A stretch of 64,000 bases of DNA from Nemertoderma westbladi (Eukaryota > Animalia > Xenacoelomorpha): positions 18,236-82,235 of the forward strand of contig JAUCBJ010001966.1 of assembly GCA_032718475.1 (NCBI GenBank). Reading direction: 5' to 3'. The notes below the pieces were generated by a model. It was not told the origin of the DNA. It did not search any database and worked only from the letters and a program-made list of their open reading frames with translations. The position numbers were made by a program, and so were the translations under genes. Numbering within the stretch: position 1 is the stretch's first letter; each line of letters starts with the position of its first letter. This document shows, piece after piece, positions 12,837-26,257 of this stretch.

Positions 12837-13069
12837 ATGCATTTAGGTACCTTTATGTTGGGGGTGGTCGGGGGGATCACTCTAGTGGTCTGGTCGAGCA
12901 CTCCAGCCTATTGTGAGGAAATCTCAGGCTGCATACCTGAGATTTGGTTGTACCAGGACGATGACCAGTCAGGCCTATCCAAAGAGTACTCAATGACGAC
13001 TGACTCCACCCAGTTATCATCCGACGGAATGAATGACGTTGTCTCTTCTGTAAGAGTGGTGTGTGGAAT
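12837..13069 (+). CDS. Host gene exon 1: signal peptide plus beta/gamma-crystallin Greek key 1
   Basis: MHLGTFMLGVVGGITLVVWSSTPAYC hydrophobic leader; IWLYQDDDQSG...MNDVVSSVRVVCG; donor AT|GTTAGT, phase 2. Confidence 0.8.
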
Positions 13070-13459
13070 GTTAGTATAAATGTGATCCACTTGAAACAAT
13101 GTTTATTTTAGAACAATATCCAAATCAAATATCAACCAACCATTTAATTTGAAACCCGCTCTCTAATATAGGATTTATTAGAAGAATAGGATAATTAAGT
13201 TGTCATAGACTTTACAATATTCAGGATTTCGGTTCTGTTACAATGCATTCTAGAATACTGTAGATTCATATTGGTTTCATACAATTGAATATATGTTAGG
13301 AAAATTTGCCAACAAAATGAAAGAAATAAAAATAGGTCATGGTAAAACTAGAATCACCGGTTTTGCCAACTAGTGTTAAACATTTCCTATGACGAATAAT
13401 ACGTTTTTAGAATGCCATAGATGAGCGGCTGTGCCTGGTGTTTGTCAGTACCATAGTGC

Positions 13460-13850
13460 AGAGCATACGCCAGCTTCCACCATAAACCGGCCCTTCTGGC
13501 TATTGTGAAATCCGAAGTTCTTCGAATTCGGCGTGTGACTGACTCGCATTCTGTTTTTAGGATCTACAGGCACCAATACTTGGACAAATGTAAATTGCGT
13601 GGCTATCCCCTTAACTTCCTTCTAACTATGTACGCATGGGACCCATCACCTGCCCTCCCCCCAAAAAACGGCCTAAAATACTACCTGCGCCACCTAGCGA
13701 ACAAATCGTGTATTTACCAACCACGCCACAATTCCTTCCCACACTCAACGCGGTTACCAGTAGGCATAACAAACGCCTTCACGCCCACGGGCTTTCGATA
13801 AAAACTGTACCACGTAACGAACCTTGTTTGGGTAAATTTATCCTCCATGT
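13460..13850 (+). mobile_element. Penelope-like element reverse transcriptase (thumb/linker) fragment
   Basis: SFHHKPALLAIVKSEVLRIRRVTDS...F...KLRGYP pattern typical of PLE RT C-terminus. Confidence 0.65.
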
Positions 13851-14514
13851 CAGCCTAATCTCTCTTTTTACCACTGCTCATAATTTTATTTATTTTAATT
13901 ATTTAATAGTACCCTCGTAACCAGGCATATACAGTACGATAGCCTCGTGTAAATTAGTATCTTTTACAGTATATTATTTAATTAAATTTAACCCATTTAA
14001 GCCATATGATAAAAAGGAATTTGTTTTACTTAGAATCGTGGCTTAGACCCTTTCAACACCAATATAACTCGATTATAGTGCAGAGTGTTATACAGTACTA
14101 CAATACAGTATACTTTATTTGTAAATAACGGACCATATTTTAACTATGACCCCTATATCATTAGAAGGAACTACTGTATTACATCGTCTCACATGCAATA
14201 TATCCTTAGATGTGTGTGTAGGAATCCAAGCCTTATAAAAATGTAATAGTATTAAATTTACCCCGTCTGGGGGTGTATCTTTATTATTATTATAAAAATT
14301 TAATAACATAAGTGAGGGATTGTCATAAAATTATTTACTAGAGAGCCAGCAAGATGGCTAGAAGACCATCAGGCCCTAAGATCAGGACAGTTTGACAGAG
14401 TTATAGCAGTTTGAGAGAGTTATAGCGGCTCATATACCTCAGGACAAGTAAGCCCTAACGGTAATTTTAAATTTTTAAAATAACTTTTTGTTGGGCACAG
14501 CTTTTGCAAAGTCG

Positions 14515-14586
14515 GCAATGACGTCCAGGTGTGATCGAACTGGTGACCTCCGGGTTGGAAGCTCTAACCATTCAGCTAGCGGCTCA
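14515..14586 (-). mobile_element. tRNA-derived SINE head
   Basis: Minus strand has A-box TAGCTGAATGG and B-box AGTTCGATC; no complete cloverleaf. Confidence 0.5.
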
Positions 14587-15115
14587 GGTAAAAAATAGAC
14601 CTGGAGATACTATCTGATACCTTGTATGTCCGAGGTCTATTTAAAAACATCTAATTAAAAGTAATTCGATGATATCCCGAGAACTGATTTTGAAAAAAAA
14701 GTGTGATTGTACAGTTTGGTGAACTGCATTCAAAGATACATCATTTATCCATATTTTGGATGACATGGTGTTTATTATTATTTATTTTAATTAATTAATT
14801 ATTACGGTACTTATTTGTTTTAGTGTAACTATTGATTTATATCTTGTTTTCGAGAGTTGATTGGTGTTGAATTTTATGAATGAGTTTATTATACGGCTAT
14901 TTTGAATGACAGGTATCGATGAAATCAGACTTTACCAAAACAATTTCAAGCCAATATCAATCTGCACAAACATCAAGACAAACATAAGTTTATTTTGACA
15001 GCAATTAGCCCTTACGGTCTTCTAATAAACAAGTACTGATAATATACTTATTGATAATTATTATTGAAAAATTACTTCATAATACACATAATTGTAGTAT
15101 AATTATAATTTGTAG

Positions 15116-15273
15116 CTGGATTTTGTACACTGACAACTTCGATGGTGCTATAGACATAGCACAGCCAGGTGACTACTCAACTAGTCAACTACCGAATTCG
15201 GCCGATACACTCAGTTCCTTGAAACTCGTTCTTGGAAACGGAATGACTCTGTTTAATGGAACGTTCTATACAG
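15116..15273 (+). CDS. Host gene exon 2: beta/gamma-crystallin Greek key 2 and start of key 3
   Basis: Acceptor TTTGTAG|C completes ATC; WILYTDNFDG...PGDY...DTLSSLKLV...LFNGTFYTG; donor G|GTCAGG, phase 1. Confidence 0.8.
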
Positions 15274-15729
15274 GTCAGGTCCAGTATTAAATTACATCTT
15301 GATTATTTAACACATCCAATAATGTAAATAATTGTCCAATGTAGCACAATGGAATTGAGAGGTTTAACGTTGCAAGGTTATAGTAGTAGTGAAGTAGTGA
15401 AGTTGATATTCCAGAACATTTACAGGAGGATAATATCATACAACTATACAATTTAATGCTAAATTTATTAGTAATTACCATCGTAATTACTGATCTAGAA
15501 TAAATAATGAGAAATCAGCAGAATAAACTTCTAGAACATTATTTGATTGGTTAAATATTTTATTATCCGCATTTTTGGAGATTGATTGGATAATTGCTTT
15601 ATCGACTGCAAATGAGGGCATTATACTCTTTATTGTCCGCACTTTTGCGGACAATAAAGGTGATATTTTAAAGAAATTATTATTTTATTTCATTTTATTT
15701 TCTGTAAAGTTCAACTTAATTTATTTAAG

Positions 15730-15877
15730 GTCTCTCTTACGAAACGTGCATCCCCCCAACTGATAGAGTTGACAAAGCCGCTTCCTCCAGATGCAGCATA
15801 AGTAATCTTGCCGATGATTTTACCGTTTTTACGAAGTCCATCATCATAACTGGAAAATTCTCCTGGAGACTCTATGG
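15730..15877 (+). CDS. Host gene exon 3: crystallin Greek key 3 to 4 (not in ORF track)
   Basis: Acceptor TTATTTAAG|GT; open frame GLSYETCIPP...TKSIIITGKFSWRLYG; donor GG|GTACGT; phases 1 and 2 match neighbours. Confidence 0.7.
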
Positions 15878-16052
15878 GTACGTATTTAGGCCTACTATAT
15901 ATTTATTGGATTATGGAGTAATTTCCAATTATGGCGCCTGTCACCATCATTGTCTTCCAAATGTAACTTTAGTTAGTGCATAATTGTTACAGCAGTAACA
16001 AATAATTATTATTACACAGTAACAAATAATTATTACTGCATAACAAATAATT

Positions 16053-16252
16053 ATTATTCCAAAATTGTAACATTACTCAACGCTGTTAGTATTAACAGCG
16101 AGTTGTTATTTAGCACTTTACAACTTTAGAGGACATTACAGCATTGTATTGGCCTGTACATTTAGTATTGTATTTGGTGTTATTGTTTGCATGATAACCA
16201 TGACGGCGTTAAGTAATACCCCAGTGGACATTACTTAACGCCGTCATGGTTA
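16053..16252 (+). repeat. Dispersed repeat, also at about 51178-51380 (probably Penelope 3' region/pLTR)
   Basis: ~135 bp near-identical to 51178-51313; hairpins including AACCATGACGGCGTTAAGTAAT/ATTACTTAACGCCGTCATGGTT. Confidence 0.7.
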
Positions 16253-17074
16253 ACAATAGGTGAAAATTTGCCTGACAGCCAGATAGGCCTACTGCATTAC
16301 CTACCGGAAGACGGGGTATAGCTATTAATAACCAGTAGGGCCTAGCTATATTATTCATAACATGGCTCCACACGCCACCATAAATATAAGCTAGTTAAAA
16401 TTTTGGAATAAAACTACATACATGCTTGTTGCAAAGTACTTTACAGTGTTATGATCCTCGTGGCTTTATTTTCACGCACTCACTACTGTAACGTTCGTTC
16501 GTGTAACAAAGCCACACTGTAAATGTATCATCACACTGTAAAGTGCTACTTTACACGCAAGTATGTAAATAGTTATTACCGCAGTACAAAATATTTATTG
16601 CTGAAGTACTAAACTGTCCTATCAATGGCCAATATAATTCAATTGAACCCCAATGCCGCAACACCCTTGATTTTATAAATGATAATTCTAGTTTAAATAT
16701 CCACCTTTCTAGTTCCAGCTACCAGCAACACCAACAACGCTCCACTCATGCAGCACATAGATAGAATTAACGATTCAACCATTGTTACGGGATTATCCCT
16801 ATAAGCACTTCACCACTTCAGAAACCAATATGCCGCCGTATTAGCCACCATCCATTTTACGGCAGTTATTCTCACCCACCAATAAGCGATTTGCTACCTA
16901 ATAAAGTCAATATAGCAATTAAGGGCTAGCGGCCAAACCAGCCACAATCACATGTTGCGCAAGCTATGCCAATGCCATACAGTAACTGTGTTATATTGTT
17001 TACACATTGTGCATAGAGTTGTACAGGGACTAGTCGCTAACAATCTCTAATACTGTAAGATAAGATAAGATAAG

Positions 17075-17278
17075 TTTATTTTCCACAAAATAAATTCACA
17101 AACAATAATAAGATAACACCATAATTTCTGTATAATATAAAGTGGTAGGGAGATAGTTTTATAGCAACGCTAGTAAGTAACTATCTACCTAGGGTGGGGG
17201 GTGGTGGAGGGGGAGGGAGGGGGAGGGGGGGGCGGGGGGGTGGTAGGGATGCGGAACCTAAGAATATTATAATATTGT
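17075..17278 (-). mobile_element. Short 3'-end copy of the same CR1-group LINE found at 18400-27203
   Basis: Reverse complement of 27001-27203 including the (CTTAT)n tail. Confidence 0.85.
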
Positions 17279-17774
17279 ATATTTGTATACAGATATTAGA
17301 TACAAATATTTGTATATTTGAGGGAATGCTGGAGATTAGATTACCCAAACATTGATTAGTCATATATTGTCACTGTTACACAGCCAATTTGTAGCTACTC
17401 ATAGCAGCCAATCAGAGCCTAGAGGGTTTGACACATGCATTACCGTATCCAGCGGTCCTGATAGAACTCCTATATAGTATAGTATTATTCTACGTTAGAC
17501 CATTCTACATCATATTGTACCTCACTTGTTCAGCTGTATGTAGTTCCTGCAGCAAAACCATTAGTTATTACAAACAAAGACTGACTTATAGTTTTCAACC
17601 TGTGCATTACCACTGTCCTGCACAAGCCCAGACTCGGGGCATTGGCTAGTTATCTAACTGCGTTTAATTTACTAAGATACTGTTTATCAACAATATGTGG
17701 AAGGTAAAGTTGAAACTAGCTGAGTTTTCCACAAGATATAGAACTATTAGCACCCCTTATGTCCTGTAACAACA

Positions 17775-18140
17775 AACTCGCTTGGCCTATTCGCTTGTTT
17801 ATGGGGGTAGAATAATTGTTTATGGGGGTAGAATAATTGTTTTTGGGGGTAGAATAATTGTTTTGGTGGGATGAATAATTGTTTTTGGGGGATGAATAAT
17901 TGTTTTTGGGGGATGAATAATTGTTTTTGGGGAATCAATAATTGTTTTTGGGGGATGAATAATTGTTTTTGGGGAATCAATAATGGTTTTTGGGGGATGA
18001 ATAATTGTTTTTGAGGGATGAATAATTGTTTTTGGGGAATCAATAATTGTTTTTGGGGGATGAATAATTGTTTTTGGGGGATGAGTAATTGTTTTTGGGG
18101 GATGAGTAATTGTTTTTGGGGGATGAATAATTGTTTTTGG
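17775..18140. repeat. 21-bp minisatellite (AATAATTGTTTTTGGGGGATG)
   Basis: About 17 tandem units. Confidence 0.95.
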
Positions 18141-20013
18141 TGAGAAGGATATTCAAAATTGGGGGATGTGAATTGGTGCTACAAAAATATATATTTGGTG
18201 CAAAATAATTTATTTTGGTGTTACATCATCTAATTTGGGGTGGCATTCAATTAGTGGCGCTTTTTAATTAATCTTTTTTAAATTAAATTGTGATAATAAT
18301 AATAATAGATATTCCCATAGAATTCACTGAGAAAAGTTATTCAGCTGACTGGGTAATACATTACAAAGTAACAGTTGACAACAGTACTCACAGCTGAGAT
18401 GGTAAACTGACATTTTGGGAGTGTACATAGTTGAGGTGTTAATAGTAGACCGGTCAGATGTTTAGTGACGATTGTTGCCTATATTGCGGCGTATTTAATG
18501 TGTTGGTGTTTGATATAGAGTTTATTCTCAGGTGCATTTCTATATTAAATGTCACCTTACCCTATATTACTTTGTTGTATATTAACCTGTATTATTGGGT
18601 TACGTTATTCGCACCATACGTGCAGTAACTTCTATTGATGAGAAATAGTAGACCAGTAGTCAGGGAGTAAGTAGGTCAGTACAGCAGTGCGGGTGCTATG
18701 TCTGAATAAGTCTGATTACTGCTATATGCCGACTTATAAAAACTGAATGGCGTAATAATTGTACTTTGTATTTGTAACCATAACACGATTTAATCTTCAT
18801 TGTAATACTAATTCGCCTGAGGAGTGACTGCGTTTTAACCAATCTCACCAACGCCGCAACATGCCGACCAAAGGTACCGGTAGTGAAAAATGTAATAAAG
18901 GAGGACACCAACTCCAGGGACGGACCGAACTCCACGATGATAAAGTTACTTTAACCTCGATTGTGGACAAACTGGACGCACTTAGCTCAGATACTAAAGT
19001 CATAAAAAACAACACGGTAAAAATGCAACAACAACTAGACCAGCTCCATAAAGAAAATAATCAACTACGCAAAGAAAATGAAGATCTAAGGACAGAACTT
19101 GACCAGGTTAAAAAGCGACAGGATGACCTCGAGCAGTACGGGAAACGGCATAACATATTGGTACATGGAATTACCGAAAACAACGTAGATAACGACAAAC
19201 GAGTTTTACTCCAATGCCTAGGGGATCTTGGGGTAGATCCTCAATCGGTTGACGTGTTCCATCGCCTTGGGAAATTAAAAAGTGAGGGAGGTGGCTATAC
19301 CGGTACTGTTAAACCACGGCCATTTGTTGTTCGATTTAAGTGTCACAGTGATCGTAATGTGGCCTTCGCAAAAAGAAAAGAAACAGGTAAGAATATATTT
19401 ATTTCAGAGCATCTGACCAATAATCGGGCCGCATTAGTGCGTGAGGTGGTAGAACTGAAGAAGAAACAGCTGGACTTGGGAATTACAACTGTTTATACGG
19501 TGAATGGAGTAGTGAAAGTCCGTCTGGAGAACGCCGAATATCCAGTGATTATTCGCAATAACGACGATATATGTCAGCTAACGAAAGGGGAAGGTTTCTT
19601 ACTTGTAGGAAATCGAGTAAGCCACGGTCGTAAGAAATATACGCGCAATGGTGCGAGAGAACGTGGACCGGGCCAGGCCCAGTTGCAGAATCGTGACGGC
19701 CTAACAGGAGTTAGGAATAATAAACCTAATGGCGCCTACCTTACTGATGGCAAAGAAGTGACGACGAGATCAACATCCACTTCGAGAATCTCTACTCCTC
19801 TACTTAACAGGACAGTTTTGCAGCCCTTGACAGGGATGACCTTTCTGATGTTTCTAATGAGCGTGAAGATGACGAAGAAGTCGATGATTCTGCGAGTGAA
19901 CCAGTAGAGGTTTGATTTGTGATGGATTGTGTTTCTCAACTATCTAACCCACGGCAATAGGAAATTCGAATACTTTAGGAATTGCAGTTACTTTATGCCA
20001 TTATATACATTAG

Positions 20014-22799
20014 GGTGACACGTCAACTGAACCAAAGTCAATTGAACCATGTCAATTGAACCACGTCAATTGAACCAACGTCAATTTAACATTGTGTCAA
20101 TTGAACCAACGTCAATTGAACCACACGTCAATTGAACCATACGTCATTAGAACCAAAGTGTATCACCCATCAATTGATCCTAACGTCAATTTAACCAAGC
20201 GTCAATTGAACCAAGCATCTATTGAACCAAGCATCAATTGACCCATGCGTCAATTGACCCATGCGTCAATTGACCCATGCGTCAATTGACCCAAGCATCA
20301 ATTTAATGAAATGTTAATTTAACCAACAAAATAATAATTATTGCAAATTTTTTATTTTTTAATCGCGAAATGTTCTACTGGTGGATGAAGATTCTAGGAT
20401 GATCTATTTTATTCAATGGGGTTGAATAATATTATTGAACACAGACATCAATGTAGTTTAACATTTTAATGTTCTTTGTTTATTTATTGGATGTATGCCA
20501 TCGTCCATAGGTATTCTATTTTTTAATTATTCATTAATCATTTCATATTTTCCCAGTGTTATGATGCGATTTGGGTCATCGTTGCCTGTATCATGTAAAA
20601 CAATGTCCATGAAATGTTCTGGAATTGTAAACTTAACGTTTGTCGGATTTGGTATTGCAACACTACTTTCTAATCTGGCTCTTTGTATTGTCCTATACAT
20701 TTGTGTTTTTCTTGGCATTTGTGATAGAATTGAATTGTCGATATTTTCCAGGCATGTCCCCAAAATTGTACGTGTAGTCAATAACCCCTCTTTGGCCTTT
20801 GATTTCACTTCCGATATTATTTTGTTCGCTTCTGTCTTTAAGATCTCAGCACTATGTGAGTGTTCACCAGATTCTTTTTTTATATCCTTGCCTTTTGTTA
20901 TCATGGTAGCTTTGCATTTGTACTTTCGATAGGCTCTACACCTCCAGTTTTTCATTCCATCTTTTTCCGATTTCCGAAATTTACTTTTGCACTTTAGGTC
21001 CCCACCCCTAGATTTTTTTTGTGTGTGTTTTTTATGCAAATTACACTACTACAAGGTTAGTGTGACTATCTAGGAACATTTTTGGTATAAAAAATGTTAG
21101 ATTATGTTGCACCCCCGATCAACCCTAACCCAAAACAAAAAGGTTTATTTATTTATTTTTATTTAAAATAGTCAAGCGTTAAATCATTTTATGTAATTAA
21201 ATAGCTAAAAAAAAGTACCGGTAAATTTATTTAATAAAATAGAATTCCTTGACATTGCTGAAAAATGCCTCCATCTTGTTCAGCTTTGTTTTATTTTTTT
21301 CCCTCCACATGAACTCGATGAGATAACTTTCTAGCAGTAGTCTATGAGTTCCGCATTCTCTCTTGTTTCGGTTCTTTGCACGCATCCACATATTCTCCAC
21401 TGACTGCGTATGAGCTCCAGTGTCAGGATCAACGAAATTTTTGCTGTGGTTGACTGTCTCGTGATGGTAGCCTTCCGGAAGGTTTTCAATGCCGTTATAG
21501 GCCGCCCAGAGATCCGACATTATTATAGTGTTCGGGTGAATATACTCCTGTATTATTGGAAGCAGCGTTTCAGCTGATCGATTCTCAACAGGCACCAGAA
21601 ATACTTCTTTAGTTTCACGATCAATACCGCCAAAAACCCACTGCTGTGTTACAACACGACCAACATTACCAACATTTTTCTTCTAACAAATAGGCTCTCA
21701 TCAATTTCAACTGTCCTACCATCGCCACCAATAACCACAGGATGCTTTATCAACATTTCTGCGCAAATATCCCTATGGAATTGCTTCCAATCGACATATG
21801 TATGTTCTGACCATCCAAGCTCTCTCTTAATCTTCTCAAAAGAAGACTCTTGATTCACCCAATAGTATGAAAATTCCAACAATGAAGAGATGCTCAAATG
21901 AGACCGTTCAAAGAATGAATCCTTGCGTATAGATAACTCTTTTCTACATGGTCGAGGGCAACGCCACATCTCGCCATCTATAACGGTCTTTGATCTTAAT
22001 TGCATCTGATTGCCACATGATGAACAATCCTTAGCCGAATATATTAAACAATTATCCCGACACCAATTTAAAGTTTTTTCAAGTGAACTAGTGTGGTAAA
22101 TGAGCTCACGAATAGAGTTCATTTTAGGCTACTGCTTTTATTAAAAATGTTAAACTGAATACATAAAAATGTTCTCAGATAATGCTATTCATATTCTAGA
22201 ACATAATAATATTATGTTTCCTTGATATAAAAAAATCTGGGTGGTGGGGACCTAAAGTGCAAAAGTACCCTTTTTCCACTCTTAATATATATTTGTACCC
22301 GTTATAACTTACAACTTCGCCACCCCGCTCCAACTTGTAGTTTTCCATTGCTTATTTTATTTTGTCTGCATGTAATAACTCTTTTCACTCTTATATTTTA
22401 GTGAAATGTTCAACTATGCTTTTTTAAGATTCTAGAATTAATTTTTTTAATCACTATAGTTTTTAATTGAATTATTTTTCTTTATTTGTAGTGTATTTTT
22501 CACAACACTGATAGGAATTAATTTCATTGATTCTTTATTTGATTATGGGTTTATTTATGCTTGGTTCAATTGACGTTTGGTTCAATTGACGTTTGGTTCA
22601 ACTGACGTTTGGTTCAATTGCCACTTGGTTCAACTGACACTTGGTTCAATTGACGCTTGGTTCAATTGACGCTTGGTTCAATTGACGCTTGGTTCAATTG
22701 CAGCTGGTTTAATTGACGCTGGGTCAATTGACGCATGGTTCAATTGACGTGTTTCAATTGACGTAGTTCAATTGACGTTGGTTCAATTTACATGGAACC
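20014..22799 (-). mobile_element. Mutator-like (Foldback/Phantom-type) DNA transposon, internally deleted
   Basis: 9-bp TSD ATACATTAG (20005-20013, 22800-22808); long TIRs made of GTCAATTGAACCA arrays; FLYWCH ORF from ATG 22348 (MENYKLERGGEVVSYNGYKY...KNWRCRAYRKYKCKA...GEHSH) once the Merlin is removed. Confidence 0.9.
20969..22269 (-). mobile_element. Merlin (IS1595-family) DNA transposon with frameshifted transposase (22122-21227)
   Basis: VEIDESLF, IMSDLWAAY, HTQSVENMW, YLIEFMWR motifs; TIR TACTTTTGCACTTTAGGTCCCCACC; 8-bp TSD CTTTTTCC (20961-20968, 22270-22277). Confidence 0.9.
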
Positions 22800-25747
22800 A
22801 TACATTAGATTACCTAAGCTTTACTCTAAGTGTATTAGTACTTTACGTTAGTGCCATTTTTAAATATTTTTGTTGTTATTTAAATAGGTTATGGAATTGA
22901 GCAGGATTCAACAGGCCATCCTCTCCCCATATAGGAATAATAGTACCACTACTAATTGTTCCTATTGTTAGTCGTAACAACCAGCTGTCTCAAACACCCT
23001 TGCCCCTTTTTTTTGAGTATTAGTATATGTCCTCAGCTACCTTTCACCCCACCCCCCCCCCCCCCCTATATGTTGCGGTTTTTGTTATAGCCAGATTAAA
23101 CTAAATAAGAAACTTTTTCAATGTAATTTTTGTTGCCAGTCATTTCACCTTCAATGTGGCAGCTATTTAACAGAAAATGACCTAAGAAGCCAGCAAAGCG
23201 ATGTAAACTGGTGTGTATTTTGTTATCCAACTATTTTTCCCTTTCATATGGTTTGTGATGATGATGAAGATATATTTGCAAATATTGATGCAGATAACAT
23301 CCCCACCCTAGACCTTCTTGATAAATTTTTCAGGGACATTGATCCAGATTTAAATTTACTAAATTGTGAAACATCAAAGGACTATTACTCTGAGAATAGA
23401 TTTGATAAGGAGTTTTTGGAACGCAGCAACGACTCCATTTCCATTTTTCACCTGAATATTCGTAGTCTCATGTCTAATTTTTCAGCAATGACTGATTATC
23501 TCAACGCTTTGGAGACTAAAATTGACCTTTTATGTTTCACCGAAACATTTTTAACAAAGGATTCTCTTATTGAAAACATTAATATAACTGGTTATCAAAA
23601 GCCAGTCTGCGGATTTCGGGAATATGGTGAACTTAAAAGGGGGGGAACCGCAGTATATGTCCGGGAGGAATTGGAAAGAATCGAGCGAACCGATTTGACG
23701 ATAAATGGGCCAGAAAATACGTGGATAGAGATAACTAGGCCGCACCCACTTAAACCATTAATTGTTGGGTGTATTTATCGACCTGACACGATTAATGTTG
23801 AAACTTTTTTAAGCGATTTAGATGGGATGTTATCTTCATTGGCAGCTCAAAATTATGATGTGGTGCTGTGTGGGGATTTCAATATTGATCTTCTATAAAA
23901 ATAAATTGATTTCTGAAAATTATCTTAACATACTTCACTCTAACGGTTTCAATCAATTAATTAAACAGGCTACCAGAATTACAAAATTTTCCAAAACTTT
24001 AATAGATCATTTTAGTACAAATATAACTTCAGCTGTATGTTCTTCAGGCGTTCTTCTTACAGAAATAGGCACTACTGATCATTTACCATCTTTTATTGTT
24101 TTGACAAAATATTCATCTTATTTCAAACCAGTAGCATCAAAACAAACATTTGATTACTCAAAATTTAAATCCACCCTATTTCTCGAGAGCTTGCAAAATA
24201 TAAACAATTGGTCCTATAACAAAAATAGCGGAATATCAAATAATAATAAATTTGACCTATTTTATACGGATTTTGAGAATATATGTAAAAACCATCTTCC
24301 AACTAAAATAATTTCTAAAAAAAATATACCGCGTAAGCCCTGGTTAACTCCATCCTTAATTAAATCAATTAATAAAAAAAATAAATTATATGGTAAATAC
24401 GTTTCTAACCCTACAGAAAAAAATCATTCTAAGTATAAAGTGTATCGCAACAGTCTTACGACAATTATACGTCAAACCGAGAAAACATATTATAGTAATC
24501 AATTTGAAAAAAATAAATCTAACATGAAGAAAACTTGGAGAACTATTAACACAGCCCTTCATAAATCTACAAAAAATAAAATACCGAACAAACTCATAAT
24601 TAAAAATAATCTAAATAATGATATTACAATTAGTGATTCCCAAGATATAGCTAATGAATTTAATAATTTCTTTACTTCTATCGGACCAGAGCTTTCAAGT
24701 ATTATTCCTTCATCGCCACGCTGTCCAACAAGACACATTAATCATAAAAAATTTAATTCTTTTTCGCTAATAGAAACAACACCGGTTGAGGTTCAGTATC
24801 TTTTGTTACACCTCAGTGACGACTCTGCTACTAATGACTCTTTTCCGGTAAAATTAGTTAAATTAGCCGCGCTTACTTTAAGTCTACACTTGTCAGACCT
24901 TATAAACTCCAGTATTCGTTCCGGTATATTTCCTGACAGTTTAAAACAAGCAAAGGTGATACCCGCTTACAAGGGTGGGTCTCCTACAGACACATCAAAT
25001 TATCGCCCGATATCACTTTTACCTATGTTTAGTAAAATCTATGAGACTATAATTTGTTCACAACTTACATCTTACCTAGAGTTTAATAAGATACTCAGCC
25101 CTAATCAATTTGGCTTCAGGAAAAAATCTACAACTTCTGAAGCAATTTTGCAAATAGTTGAAAAGCTGCGCTCGGTTCTTGATTCAACTGACTCAGCCTG
25201 TGTTGTTTATATAGACTTGCGGAAGGCCTTTGATACCATCGACCATACAATTTTATTAAAAAAATTACATTGTTATGGTATCAGAGGCCTCCCGCATGCT
25301 ACGTTTTCAAGTTACTTAGCTAACCATTCACAATGAGTTTCTATAGGTAGTAGCACCACGTCATCATATAAATCGATATTATGTGGAATTCCTCAGGGCA
25401 GTATTCTGGGTCCACTTTTATTTTTGTTATATATTAATGACCTACCTAATTGCAGTAACTTTTTAACTACATTGTTTGCAGACGACACCTCATTAATGAC
25501 ACATTCTCACAAACTTCTAGACCTGATTGACTCAACGAATTTAAATTTGAATGCAATATCCGACTGGTTAATAGATAACAAATTATCACCTGTTACTGAC
25601 AAAACAGAGTATACCATCTACAGTAACTCTAAATCAAGACAATGCATTTTACCACCAATTAAAATCAAAGATAAAATTCTTAAAAAAACGGGGACTGCAA
25701 AATACTTAGGTATCCTAATTGATAATAATCTAAATTTCAGATATCAT

Positions 25748-26257
25748 ATAACCCTTAAAATTTTATTTATTTTAATTCTAAAAGGTTTAATTATAGAAGA
25801 ATAAGTACTTCCCCATACAATTAACCCATATTGCACATAGGGGTAAATTAGTGAAAAAAAACAGTGTATGTAAAATATGTAACGGGAAAATATGACGTAA
25901 GCGATAAAAAAGTCCAGCAGATTTTGAGATTTTTTTAAGAATATATTCTTAAAAAAATCTCAAAATCTGCTGGACTTTTTTATCGCTTACGTCATATTTT
26001 CCCGTTACATATTTTAAATTACGCAAAAAGTCCAGCAGATTTTGAGATTTTTTTAAGAATATATTCTTAAAAAAATCTCAAAATCTGCTGGACTTTTTTA
26101 TCGCTTACGTCATATTTTCCCGTTACATATTTTACATACACTGTTTTTTTTCACTAATTTACCCCTATGTGCAATATGGGTTAATTGTATGGGGAAGTAC
26201 TTATTCTTCTATAATTAAACCTTTTAGAATTAAAATAAATAAAATTTTAAGGGTTAT
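25748..26257. repeat. Nested perfect inverted duplication within LINE ORF2
   Basis: 25748-25943 is the reverse complement of 26062-26257; palindrome centres at 25943/4 and 26061/2. Confidence 0.95.

Noticed and set aside
14515-14586. Possible tRNA gene (also about 45420-45500)
   Set aside because: A and B boxes only; no full cloverleaf, so treated as SINE heads
17747-18043. PQKQLFI-repeat ORF (and LHNRI/LCKIR ORFs at 63261-63792)
   Set aside because: Minisatellite translations
20495-20932. 145-aa hydrophobic + strand ORF
   Set aside because: Antisense shadow of the Mutator FLYWCH ORF
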